Shown here one piece after another: positions 28,801 through 36,622 of a stretch of 64,000 nucleotides of DNA. The notes below the pieces were generated by a model. It made no database searches. It was given only the letters and a program-made list of their open reading frames with translations, and had not been told where the DNA came from. Location of the stretch: positions 768 to 64,767 of the forward strand of contig JANYCJ010000137.1 of assembly GCA_025360345.1 (NCBI GenBank), written 5' to 3'. This stretch comes from Alphaproteobacteria bacterium (GTDB taxonomy: Bacteria > Pseudomonadota > Alphaproteobacteria > Rickettsiales > SXRF01). The stretch's first letter is position 1. Each line of letters opens with the position of its first letter. The position numbers and the translations under genes were made by a program.

Positions 28801-29275
28801 CCATTTCCGCTTTGCCGCGGTCAGTGATGACTAGATCGCGGGCGAGGTTAAAACCTTTGGTTCGGCGCAGCTCAATGGATTCGGCAAGCTCAGCCAGCTT
28901 GGCGTGTATATGATTGCGAAGGGCAGGCACGCGTTGCTGCTGGGCCTCGTTATCCTTTGTGAGGGAATCAATCGCAGCGATCGTGTTATCGAGTTCGGTG
29001 ATGGCGATGTTATAGGGGGTGAGGTATTTTTCATCCCCGGTAATCAGGAAGCCGCGCTGACCGGTTTCGGCATCCTTGGTCTGGGAAATCAACTGCTCCA
29101 GCTTCAGTATCACCTCATGGGTGTGGGTCACCAAAGACGCATCGTTGCTGATAATGCGTATGTTCCAGTAGGATATAAACGAGCTGGCGACAAAAAACAA
29201 AACAACAGCCACCATGCCGAAAGTGATGGGGAGTTCGGGCTTGATATTACGTGGGCTGGCCTGATTTGCAGTCAT
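25859..29275 (-). CDS. Hybrid sensor kinase: TM-CHASE3-TM-GAF-coiled coil-HisKA-HATPase-REC-REC-REC
   Basis: 1138 aa. CHASE3 signature: VTHTHEVILKLEQL…DAETGQRGFLITGDEKYLTPY. A GAF-like segment follows. H-box: FLANMSHELRTPLNS. G boxes: DTGIGI and GGTGLGLSI. Three successive receiver domains are present (VLVVEDDVPFA…, VLIVEDDPVQQ…, ILVVEDDVRNV…). Confidence 0.93.
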   Translation of the reverse strand: MTANQASPRNIKPELPITFGMVAVVLFFVASSFISYWNIRIISNDASLVTHTHEVILKLEQLISQTKDAETGQRGFLITGDEKYLTPYNIAITELDNTIAAIDSLTKDNEAQQQRVPALRNHIHAKLAELAESIELRRTKGFNLARDLVITDRGKAEMDIVRTQIAAMRDEESSLRSKRLVEMQAAYHIAIVSGLLTGFLGVLLSGAVAHLVRRNLLTRKRQEWMQSGQVGLSTAMVGEQRMEPLGDNILSFICGYCSASAALLYVKEGKDFRRVASYGISSSGRTPDRFDTAEGLLGQAVKEKKTFLLRDVPEGYLTIGSGMGHHKPRYLIVAPIAMDGEVNALMEIGFLNPVDERSMELLNSVNTTIATAVKSANYRAHLQNLLEETQRQSEELQTQSEELRVSNEELEEQSRALKESQARLELQQAEMEQTNSQLEETAQILENQKDDLVRAKAAVQAKASELEQASQYKSDFLANMSHELRTPLNSSLILAKLLADNPAGNLSEEQVKFAQTIQSSGNDLLSLINDILDLSKIEAGHMEIRPEQVSLERLMKDLTHSFEPMAKQKGLVFKATAAPGSPTYIDTDRQRLEQVLKNLISNALKFTEQGSVEIIARFLPGDKVAFTVSDTGIGIALEQQQAIFEAFRQADGTISRKYGGTGLGLSISRQLSRLLGGQIELTSTPGQGSHFTLTIPKDFDPELVAQRPPFEPVEMPPVEKPAMPANYMRRHRVEDDREKLTGNSRVILVVEDDVPFARILNDLAHELDFQCIVATTAEEALALAQQYLPSAVVLDVGLPDNSGLSVLDRLKHDARTRHIPVHVVSAGDYAQTALSLGAVGYMLKPVKREDLADTFRKLETRLSQRMRRVLIVEDDPVQQDSVRRLLASHDVQTVGVGTVSETLARLKEQTFDCMVLDLSLPDASGYELLETLSREDAYSFPPVIVYTGRELSAEQEQRLRRYSKSIIIKGAKSPERLLDEVTLFLHQVVAELPAEQQRMLEQARNRDAILENRRILVVEDDVRNVYAVTSIFEPRGAIVEIARNGREALDFLQSSMDSPDKTIDLVLMDVMMPEMDGLTATREIRKRPEWKKLPVIMLTAKAMKDDQDRCLEAGANDYMAKPLDVEKLLSLVRVWMPR

Positions 29276-29384
29276 GCTTTTTTTCCGTATTTAGTGATAC
29301 CGATGTTCGCACAGCCCCGTTAAAAGCTGCTTAACCAGCCCATAAAGGGCTTACGGGTATAAAAAAGCAATAAAGATTACCTGT

Positions 29385-29422
29385 AAAATTTATTTAATTT
29401 AAAGGGAAAGCGGCATTTTCCC
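29385..29422 (-). terminator. Candidate rho-independent terminator downstream of 29458..29955
   Basis: The minus-strand transcript would read GGGAAA-ATGCCGC-TTTCCC followed by TTTAAATTAAATAAATTTT. That is a 6-bp stem with a U/A-rich tail. Confidence 0.45.
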
Positions 29423-29457
29423 ACTATGAAACAGGGGCGGCTTTCTCCCGGAAAGCA

Positions 29458-29955
29458 TTAAAGATCGTAGGCGTGGGGCTGGGCAGGATTTTTGCGCATC
29501 TGCTCCGCCCAGGTGGCGGGTGCTTCGGGATGCAGCTTTTCATGATGGCGGTCAAAATGCTGCATGGCACGGGCGGTATCCACCCCTCCCCTCAGCCCGG
29601 CATCGTAGCGGGTGGGAATGCGGACAAGCTGAATGGCCGTGGTAAGGCCTGTGGTTGCGAGCAACGTGATGAGCGCGGGTTTCGCGAAGGATTTTTCAGT
29701 ACTCATTTTAATGGCTACGCCCACAGCGGAGGCGAGGAGAAAGGATTCTCCCGTCCAACGGATAGGCTCATATACGTCAAGCTGGCGGCCGATGGCGCCG
29801 CGACGATGAATTTCACGGTCTATGCGGTGGCTGAGTTCGGGATCGGGCGCGCCATCGGCGTGCTTACCAAATTCCTCGGACCATTGCTTCGCGCGGCGAT
29901 CTACATGTTTGTCGAGATGGCGGTTGATAATGCCAGCGATGAAATTTTCCGTCAT
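29458..29955 (-). CDS. Hypothetical protein with central hydrophobic segments
   Basis: 165-aa ORF with normal composition. It has two hydrophobic stretches (…FLLASAVGVAIKM… and …ALITLLATTGLTTAIQLV…). No family was recognised. Confidence 0.5.
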   Translation of the reverse strand: MTENFIAGIINRHLDKHVDRRAKQWSEEFGKHADGAPDPELSHRIDREIHRRGAIGRQLDVYEPIRWTGESFLLASAVGVAIKMSTEKSFAKPALITLLATTGLTTAIQLVRIPTRYDAGLRGGVDTARAMQHFDRHHEKLHPEAPATWAEQMRKNPAQPHAYDL

Positions 29956-30055
29956 GGCATTACCATAAAACTGATTGAATCTGGTTTTGGCCTAGCATAT
30001 TGCACTCTTTGCTGCAAAATGCCACCAGTGGTCTGGTAGGCTGTATGATTATATT

Positions 30056-30214
30056 TTACGCGGGCTGGCGAGTTTCAAAACGCCGCTTTTCCGATTTTTC
30101 GACCTGCACAATCCGGGAATTATGGATGGTCACTTCCACGCTTCCAAAGTTTACATCTTTTATGGTGTTTAATATATAGCGTTCTACTTCATCCAGCTCG
30201 TTTTCCTTGCTCAT
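30056..30214 (-). CDS. YezD/DUF2292-like small protein (52 aa), below the ORF-track size cut-off
   Basis: Hand translation gives MSKENELDEVERYILNTIKDVNFGSVEVTIHNSRIVQVEKSEKRRFETRQPA. The core GSVEVTIHN.RIVQ.EK.EK is the DUF2292 pattern as I recall it. A GGGAG sits 6 nt upstream of the ATG, and the gene lies 31 nt downstream of the Rrf2 gene. Confidence 0.65.
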   Translation of the reverse strand: MSKENELDEVERYILNTIKDVNFGSVEVTIHNSRIVQVEKSEKRRFETRQPA

Positions 30215-30245
30215 CTCATCTCCCGTGGTTGTTAAAAGGGTTTCA

Positions 30246-30686
30246 TCACCAGAAAATATGCTCTTTCTGGCGACTGGAAAGTTGTTTCATATCAGCGATG
30301 GAGCGGTTGTCGAGCGCGCCTGCAATTGCGTTTCTCACCTGAATCATCATGTGGCGGATGATGCAATCCTGCTCGTGGGTGCAGTCGTCACATTTCTGGT
30401 AATTAGTGAGGCTGGCGCAGGGGATGGGGGCGAGCGTGCCGTCCATGGCGCGAATCACCTGCCCGGTCATTATTTCGGAGGCGGGGCGGGCAAGCAAATA
30501 GCCGCCGAAAATGCCGCGCTTGCTCTCAACAATACCATCGCGTTTCAGCTCCTGAAGGATGGTTTCAAGGAATTTGGCGGGCACGTCAGCGGCCTGCGCA
30601 ATCGCCTTACCCTGCATGGTTTTCTTTTCATGCAAAGACATAACCGTCAGGGCCCTTAGGGCATATTTGGCTTTCATTGATAGCAT
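30246..30686 (-). CDS. Rrf2-family transcriptional regulator (IscR/NsrR/CymR-like)
   Basis: 146 aa. The N-terminal wHTH is MKAKYALRALTVM…IAQAADVPAKFLETILQELKRDGIVESKRG. The Cys-containing C-terminal half is …PIPCASL…KCDDCTHEQDC. Confidence 0.88.
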   Translation of the reverse strand: MLSMKAKYALRALTVMSLHEKKTMQGKAIAQAADVPAKFLETILQELKRDGIVESKRGIFGGYLLARPASEIMTGQVIRAMDGTLAPIPCASLTNYQKCDDCTHEQDCIIRHMMIQVRNAIAGALDNRSIADMKQLSSRQKEHIFW

Positions 30687-30704
30687 AGTAAAGTTATATG
30701 CATT

Positions 30705-30718
30705 AATTTATATAAATT
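30705..30718. promoter_or_regulatory. Perfect 14-bp palindrome AATTTATATAAATT upstream of the Rrf2 gene (candidate operator)
   Basis: Self-complementary on direct reading. It lies 19-32 nt upstream of the annotated start at 30686. Its function is inferred only. Confidence 0.3.
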
Positions 30719-30993
30719 CAATAGGAATTATAATGCGCTGTTTTTTATAATTAATTGTATTTTTGATGTTACTAGGCTAAAGGCCTGAATATGAAGATTA
30801 CGTGTCTATGGTTGTTTTGGGTTTATCTGAGTAAAAAATTGCACCATACTTTAGAGTATAGTTTTGGCTTTTATCCGGTTGCACCAACCGCCCAAAGGTT
30901 AACGCTACATACGCTTTATTAACCCTTTTGGGGCATATAATAGACTATGACAGCCGTTGTTGAGCATCAGGGCAGAACTTTCGCAGGGCTATT

Positions 30994-31287
30994 TTGCTCA
31001 TGCGCTACCTTGTGCTGTTTTTCTGCTGTTACATCGAGCCGTCTTACGCGGGACCCAATATTCCTATCGGCAACACCCTATGCACCGTTGTGGGCTGGAT
31101 GGGCGGCAACCTTGGCAAAGGGCTTGAAGCCTGTTTTGTCAGCATCCTGGGGGTTGGCGCGCTTCTGGGCAAGGTGAGCTGGGGCACGGCGATGGTTGAA
31201 GGCATTGGAAGCGCGGCCATGATCGAGGCGGCCAGCATTGTGGACCATATGGGCGCGGGCGCGCCTGCGGGTTGCCCTACGGCTTAA
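30994..31287 (+). CDS. TrbC/VirB2-like type IV secretion pilin-family small membrane protein
   Basis: 97 aa. A signal-like N-terminus ends in …EPSYA|G. Two hydrophobic Gly/Ala-rich helices follow (LCTVVGWMGGNLGKGLEACFVSILGVGALLG and WGTAMVEGIGSAAMIEAASIV), an arrangement typical of VirB2/TrbC. Confidence 0.45.
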   Translation: MLMRYLVLFFCCYIEPSYAGPNIPIGNTLCTVVGWMGGNLGKGLEACFVSILGVGALLGKVSWGTAMVEGIGSAAMIEAASIVDHMGAGAPAGCPTA

Positions 31288-31353
31288 GCCGGTTTCATTA
31301 TAAAAATAAAAATACATGATTTTGGGTGGCGCAGGTTGCTATACTGTTTGCCT

Positions 31354-32547
31354 ATGTCCAAGAGTACGCTGCCAAGCCCTAAAGAACGCGCCGGTATATT
31401 AAATGAAAGACGCAACCTGAAAATGGCGCGCTCTGCACATGCCTATGTGCGCGGCAATACGCTTAATTTTTATGAATGGCTGGAATCGGTGAGTGGCAAA
31501 GCGGTGCCGCAAGGCCCGGCAGTATGGATCTGCGGGGATTGCCATATGAGCAACCTGGGGCCGCTGGCCGACACCAAGGGCCATATTCGTATCCAGATAC
31601 GCGACCTAGACCAGACGGTGATCGGCAACCCGGCGCATGACCTGATCCGGCTGGGACTTTCGCTGACAAGCGCGGCGCGGGGTTCGGATTTGTCGGGCAT
31701 TATCACGGTGAGAATGTGCGAGCAGCTGATGGAAGGCTATGAGCAGGCCTTTGCTAAGGATGCGCAGGACGAGATTGAGCTGCCTGAAGCAGTGGAAAAG
31801 GCGATGAAGACGGCGATCAAGCGCAAGTGGAAGCACCTGGCGCGGGAGCGCATCAAGGATGAGCGGCCCAGCATCCCGCTTGGGAACACGTTCTGGCCGC
31901 TTTCCAAAGATGAGCGCGAGGAAATCGTGGCGCTGTTCACAGAGGAAAAAGTGCGCAGGCTGGTGACCTCGCTGCGCTCGCGCGATAGTGACGCCAGCGT
32001 GGAAGTGCTGGACGCGGCCTACTGGGTGAAGGGATGCAGCTCACTCGGCAATTTACGCTACGCAGTGCTGCTGGGCGTGGGCGAAAAGGGCGAGGAGCAA
32101 TGCCTGATAGATATCAAGGAGGCGGTGAAGGCCGTGGCGCCGGCCTATGACAACGTGAAAATGCCGCGCAACAACGCCGAGCGGGTGGTGGAAGGCGCGT
32201 GGCATCTTTCCCCGGCGCTGGGCGAGCGGATGCTGGCGGCGAGCCTGCAAGGGCGAAGCGTGTTCATGAGGGAATTGCTACCGCAGGATCTAAAGCTGGA
32301 TATTGAGCACCTGACGCCGGATGAGGCCATGAAAGTCTCAAAATATTTGGGTGCAGTCGTGGGTAAGGCACATGCGCGCCAGATGGATGAAGAGACGCGC
32401 GCCGGCTGGCACAGGGAGCTGAACGCCAACCGCTCCAAAACGCTTAATGCCCCGAGCTGGTTATGGCGCAGCATCGTGGAACTGATCCTGAACCATGAGG
32501 GCGCTTATCTGGAACATTGCCGCAAATATGTGACGCTTGGCACTTAG
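31354..32547 (+). CDS. DUF2252-family protein
   Basis: About 397 aa from the ATG at 31354. The sequence …AHAYVRGNTLNFYEWL…VWICGDCHMSNLGP…IRDLDQTVIGNPAHDLIRLGLSL… matches my recollection of the DUF2252 core (CGD.H..N.G…D.D…DL.RL). Confidence 0.7.
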   Translation: MSKSTLPSPKERAGILNERRNLKMARSAHAYVRGNTLNFYEWLESVSGKAVPQGPAVWICGDCHMSNLGPLADTKGHIRIQIRDLDQTVIGNPAHDLIRLGLSLTSAARGSDLSGIITVRMCEQLMEGYEQAFAKDAQDEIELPEAVEKAMKTAIKRKWKHLARERIKDERPSIPLGNTFWPLSKDEREEIVALFTEEKVRRLVTSLRSRDSDASVEVLDAAYWVKGCSSLGNLRYAVLLGVGEKGEEQCLIDIKEAVKAVAPAYDNVKMPRNNAERVVEGAWHLSPALGERMLAASLQGRSVFMRELLPQDLKLDIEHLTPDEAMKVSKYLGAVVGKAHARQMDEETRAGWHRELNANRSKTLNAPSWLWRSIVELILNHEGAYLEHCRKYVTLGT

Positions 32548-35500
32548 GCCGGGGTGTTGAGCAGGAGAGCGATTTTCTGCCGCAGCTCCTCGGGATTGAA
32601 GGGTTTTGCGATGTAATCGTCCATACCTACGCCGAGGCAGCGCTCACGGTCTCCTGACAAGGCATGGGCAGTCATGCCAATGATGGGCAGATGATGCCCC
32701 TGCCCTTGCTGTTTTTCCTGCTCGCGAATGAGGCGGGTGGCTTCTAGGCCGTTCATACCGTGCATCTGCACGTCCATGAGCACCATGGCGAAGGACTCTT
32801 TTTTAATTTTTTCCAATGCTTCCAAGCCATTATGCGCTACTTCGCAGCGATAGCCGAATTCTTCGAGGAAGGCGGTGGCGACCATGACATTAGGTGCGTA
32901 GTCCTCGACCAGCAGGATGCGGGGCAGCAGATGATGGGCATTACTATTTTCCCTGCCGGAAGTCTCTTCTATTTCGGCTTCGGGGCGCGCATCCACTACC
33001 TGCAGGGGCACGGTGATTGCAAAACGAGACCCTTTGCCGGAGGTGCTGGTGACACTGATTTCACCGCCCATGATCTCGACCAGCGTTTTGGAAATGGCAA
33101 GGCCAAGGCCTGTGCCGCCGTATTTACGGTTGATTGAGGTATCTGCCTGCACGAATTTGTGGAAGATAGTGCCCAGTTTAGCCGTGGGGATGCCGATGCC
33201 GGTATCTTCCACGATCATGGTTACGTTTTCGACAGTGGGCTCGGCGGTTGGCTCGCAGGTGAATGAGACCAGCACGCTGCCGTGCTCCGTGAATTTTATG
33301 GCATTGCTGCACAGGTTCATGATGACCTGGCGGATGCGGGTGGGGTCGCCCAGATAGGTGCGGCCTTCGATACAGTGGGCTTCGCTGCGGAAGGAAAGGT
33401 GTTTTTCACGGGCACGCACTGACATGATACTGATGACTTCATGCATGAGTTGGTCAAGGCTGAAGGGAATTTTTTCCAGCTCGACGCTGCGCGACTCGAT
33501 TTTTGAAATATCAAGCAGGTCATTGATGAGGGAGAGCAGCGAGTCCGCAGAGAGTTGCAAGGTGCTGATAAATTCGACCTGACGGGGGGTGAGAGGCTGG
33601 CTCAGGGAAAGGATGTTGGCCAGCCCGATCACGGCATTCATGGGAGTGCGTATTTCATGGCTCATGTTGGCGAGAAACTCTGTTTTGGCAATGTTAGCGG
33701 CTTCGGCCTGCAGTTTTGCTTCTACGTTGTCCTGAATGTCGGTACAGGTGCCATACCAGGTGGTAATGCAGCCCTGAGGGTCGCGGATGGGCACACCACG
33801 GGTTTTGAACCAGCGGTAGGCGCCATCATGCCTACGGATACGGTATTCAAGGTTATAGTCCGCCCTGCCCTGCACGGCATTGGTCCATGCCTGCATAACG
33901 ATGTCGCGGTCTTCGGGGTGCAGCCACTGCACCCATGCAAAACCGAGCAGGTTTTCTACCGGCTCGCCAGTATATTGCTGCCAGCGGGAATTCATATATT
34001 CGCACTGGCCGTCTGAGGCGCGGCAGGTCCAGAGCAATTGCGGCATGGCATCTGCGAGGTTGCGCCAGCGCTCTTCACTGGCCTGAAGTGCGATGGCAGT
34101 TTCGCGCTCAGCAGTGATATCTATACCTACGCCGGGGAAGCGCACCGGATTGCCATTTTCATCGAACTGCACTTCCCCGCGCACCGACAGCCAGCGCACC
34201 ACGCCCGGCTTGGGGATAACACGGTATTCATCTACGTAGCGGCCACCTTCTTTAAGCACCTTAGTAATATGGGTGCCGATGCGGTCATAGTCTTCAGGAT
34301 GAATGGATTTGACTACGCGGCCAAGCTCCACACCCTGCTTCGCCTGCTCCGCGGTCAGGCCAAACAGCGCGCCAAAGCGTTCATCGGCTGTGAAGCGGTC
34401 ATTGACCACATCCCAGTCCCAGATACCGAAATCATGGCTGGCGGCGAGCGCGAGGCGCTGACGCTCTTCGTTTTTCTTTATCGCCGCTTCCTGCGCGCGT
34501 GCCTCTGTAATATCACGGGTGGTGCCGGCCACGAATTCTACTTCACCCTCCTCGTTGAGCACCGGCACAAAAATGTAATCATAGATACGACGGCCATTGG
34601 TTCCCGCGAATGGAACCTCGCCGCGAATAGGCTTTTTGGTTTTGACCACGGTGTCTATTTCGTCGTGGTGCATCTGGACATGCCAAGGCTCATATCCTAA
34701 TTCGGGGAAGCCTTTGTTCGTTGCCTCGCCACGGGTTTTTCCAAACATGGCAAGCAGCGACTCATTCAGGTATACAAACTTGTAATTCAGGTCGAAAATA
34801 TAGACGAAGTCCGGGGTGCTGGAGAGAATGGTTTCATACAGGCGGCGCTGCTTTTCATTAGCCTGAACGAGGCGGCCATTTTCAAGGCCGATGGCGGCCT
34901 GGCTTGCGATGGCTTTAGCGATACGCTCGGAGCGCTCAGTAAAAATTCCAGGCTGCGAATGGCCAAAAAACAAGCCCCCCAGCACTTCGCCGCCTTTAGT
35001 TACCACCGGGACTGCGAGGTAGCTTTTGACCGGGATATGGCCCTCGGGCATACCATGATAGGGGCTGTTCTTGCCATAGCGGGGATCGGTTGTGATATCA
35101 TCCGAACGTACCACGCCGGTGCCGTCGAAGGTGGGCGCAAAAATCTGGGTTTTACGCGGCATCGGGAAATCGGCGAAAGCCTGCAGCGGCGCACCGGACA
35201 GGGTGTAGAGCATGTATGATTCGCCGGTGGCGTTCTGGCTATTGTAAAAGAATGCGCCAAACTCCGCCTTGGTAAGTTCGGTGGCGATGTCGGTGGCATG
35301 TTGGACAGGTTCATGAGGATTCGATATGCGTGAGAATGCCTGACCAGTCCGGTAAATGGCATCCAGCATTTCCATTTCTTCACGGCGCTGGCTTTCACTG
35401 CGCTTACGTTCGGTGACATCGAGCAAAGTGCCCATGAGCCTGCCGTTATGGCCGCCGAATTTTTGCACGCGCCCCCGGGCGCTTACGCAGTAAAGGCGCC

Positions 35501-36203
35501 CGTCCCGCTCAACACGGTACTCAATTTTCAATCCCAAATCCGAAGATTGCTCAAAAACTTCAAGAAACTGCAACTCCGCCTGTGTGCGGTCTTCTTTATA
35601 AATTTTTTCAAGGAATATCGCGAAGGTTATGTCTTGCCCCGCCGCAAGGCCCATAATTTCTGCGCTGCGTTCGGAGCAATAGAAACGTTTTGCCCCGGGT
35701 TCATAACTCCACACGCCCAACTGAGAAGCTTCGATGGCCAGGCGATATTCTTCCTGCTTTTCCTGCAGATTTTGACTCAGGCGGAAGCGTTCGATCGCAT
35801 TATACACGGTGCGGACGAGCGGCTCTGGCTGCATACTTTCCTTAGTAATATAATCCTGAGCACCCAGAAAAATGGCTTCATTCGCCACTTGATTGCTCAA
35901 CTCCTCGTCGAGGCCAGAACCGGTGAGCATGATGACAGGAAGCGGTATGGTGCCGCCGCGGACCTCTTTCAGTGCCTTGAGGAAGTCAATGCCGTTGCGC
36001 AACGGCATGTGCATATCAAGGATCAGACAGTCGGGCAGCGGGTTTTTCTGGAGCCAGGCTAGTCCCTCTTCAGCGGTACTGCACTCGTTGAACTGGTATT
36101 TCTGGAATTTATTGGAACGAAGCTTGCCACGCACTAATGCACGGTCATCGGGATTATCATCGACAAGTAAAACTTCAAGTACACGGCGTGAAAGAGCGTT
36201 CAT
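32544..36203 (-). CDS. Giant hybrid sensor kinase: REC-PAS-GAF-PAS(x3)-HisKA-HATPase-REC
   Basis: Start taken at MNALSRRVLEVLLVDD (ATGA overlap with the upstream RR stop). H-box: FLANMSHEIRTPMNAVIG. G boxes: DTGIGI and GGTGLGLAI. The C-terminal REC is ILLVEDYAPNV…MDVQMHGMNGL…AKP. Confidence 0.93.
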   Translation of the reverse strand: MNALSRRVLEVLLVDDNPDDRALVRGKLRSNKFQKYQFNECSTAEEGLAWLQKNPLPDCLILDMHMPLRNGIDFLKALKEVRGGTIPLPVIMLTGSGLDEELSNQVANEAIFLGAQDYITKESMQPEPLVRTVYNAIERFRLSQNLQEKQEEYRLAIEASQLGVWSYEPGAKRFYCSERSAEIMGLAAGQDITFAIFLEKIYKEDRTQAELQFLEVFEQSSDLGLKIEYRVERDGRLYCVSARGRVQKFGGHNGRLMGTLLDVTERKRSESQRREEMEMLDAIYRTGQAFSRISNPHEPVQHATDIATELTKAEFGAFFYNSQNATGESYMLYTLSGAPLQAFADFPMPRKTQIFAPTFDGTGVVRSDDITTDPRYGKNSPYHGMPEGHIPVKSYLAVPVVTKGGEVLGGLFFGHSQPGIFTERSERIAKAIASQAAIGLENGRLVQANEKQRRLYETILSSTPDFVYIFDLNYKFVYLNESLLAMFGKTRGEATNKGFPELGYEPWHVQMHHDEIDTVVKTKKPIRGEVPFAGTNGRRIYDYIFVPVLNEEGEVEFVAGTTRDITEARAQEAAIKKNEERQRLALAASHDFGIWDWDVVNDRFTADERFGALFGLTAEQAKQGVELGRVVKSIHPEDYDRIGTHITKVLKEGGRYVDEYRVIPKPGVVRWLSVRGEVQFDENGNPVRFPGVGIDITAERETAIALQASEERWRNLADAMPQLLWTCRASDGQCEYMNSRWQQYTGEPVENLLGFAWVQWLHPEDRDIVMQAWTNAVQGRADYNLEYRIRRHDGAYRWFKTRGVPIRDPQGCITTWYGTCTDIQDNVEAKLQAEAANIAKTEFLANMSHEIRTPMNAVIGLANILSLSQPLTPRQVEFISTLQLSADSLLSLINDLLDISKIESRSVELEKIPFSLDQLMHEVISIMSVRAREKHLSFRSEAHCIEGRTYLGDPTRIRQVIMNLCSNAIKFTEHGSVLVSFTCEPTAEPTVENVTMIVEDTGIGIPTAKLGTIFHKFVQADTSINRKYGGTGLGLAISKTLVEIMGGEISVTSTSGKGSRFAITVPLQVVDARPEAEIEETSGRENSNAHHLLPRILLVEDYAPNVMVATAFLEEFGYRCEVAHNGLEALEKIKKESFAMVLMDVQMHGMNGLEATRLIREQEKQQGQGHHLPIIGMTAHALSGDRERCLGVGMDDYIAKPFNPEELRQKIALLLNTPA

Positions 36204-36622
36204 GCACCCGCCATAATGGTCACGGCATCGCACAGCCAATAGGTGGCGATGCGTTGGACAGTTTCATGGAAAACCGGAGTTTCCAGAGGCTTTACATGGA
36301 ACGCACTCGCACCTGCGCGGTAGGAATTAAGGATGTCGTTAGGATTGGTGGAGGTGGTAAGCACCACTAGCGGCACAAGATTGAGCTGCGGATGGTTCTT
36401 GAATTTTTTGATAAGGCTCATGCCTCCTTCGCCCGGGATGTTGAGGTCCAGAAGTACGAAGGCGGCTTTTTCGTTATTGGCCTCTAGCCAGCGGCAGGCC
36501 GCTTCGGTGTCGGTCAGGTGTACCACGTTATTTTTTAGGCCAAGCTTTTTCAGCCCGTGGCAAATCATATCGAAATCTTCTTCATTATCCTCGACCACCA
36601 GTAACTTTAGATCCCTAAGCAT
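36200..36622 (-). CDS. Single-domain response regulator (phytochrome-associated, Rcp-like)
   Basis: 140 aa with the REC motifs LLVVEDNEEDF…LLDLNIPGEGG…VVLTTS…HVKP. The gene overlaps bphP by 8 nt. Confidence 0.9.
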   Translation of the reverse strand: MLRDLKLLVVEDNEEDFDMICHGLKKLGLKNNVVHLTDTEAACRWLEANNEKAAFVLLDLNIPGEGGMSLIKKFKNHPQLNLVPLVVLTTSTNPNDILNSYRAGASAFHVKPLETPVFHETVQRIATYWLCDAVTIMAGA

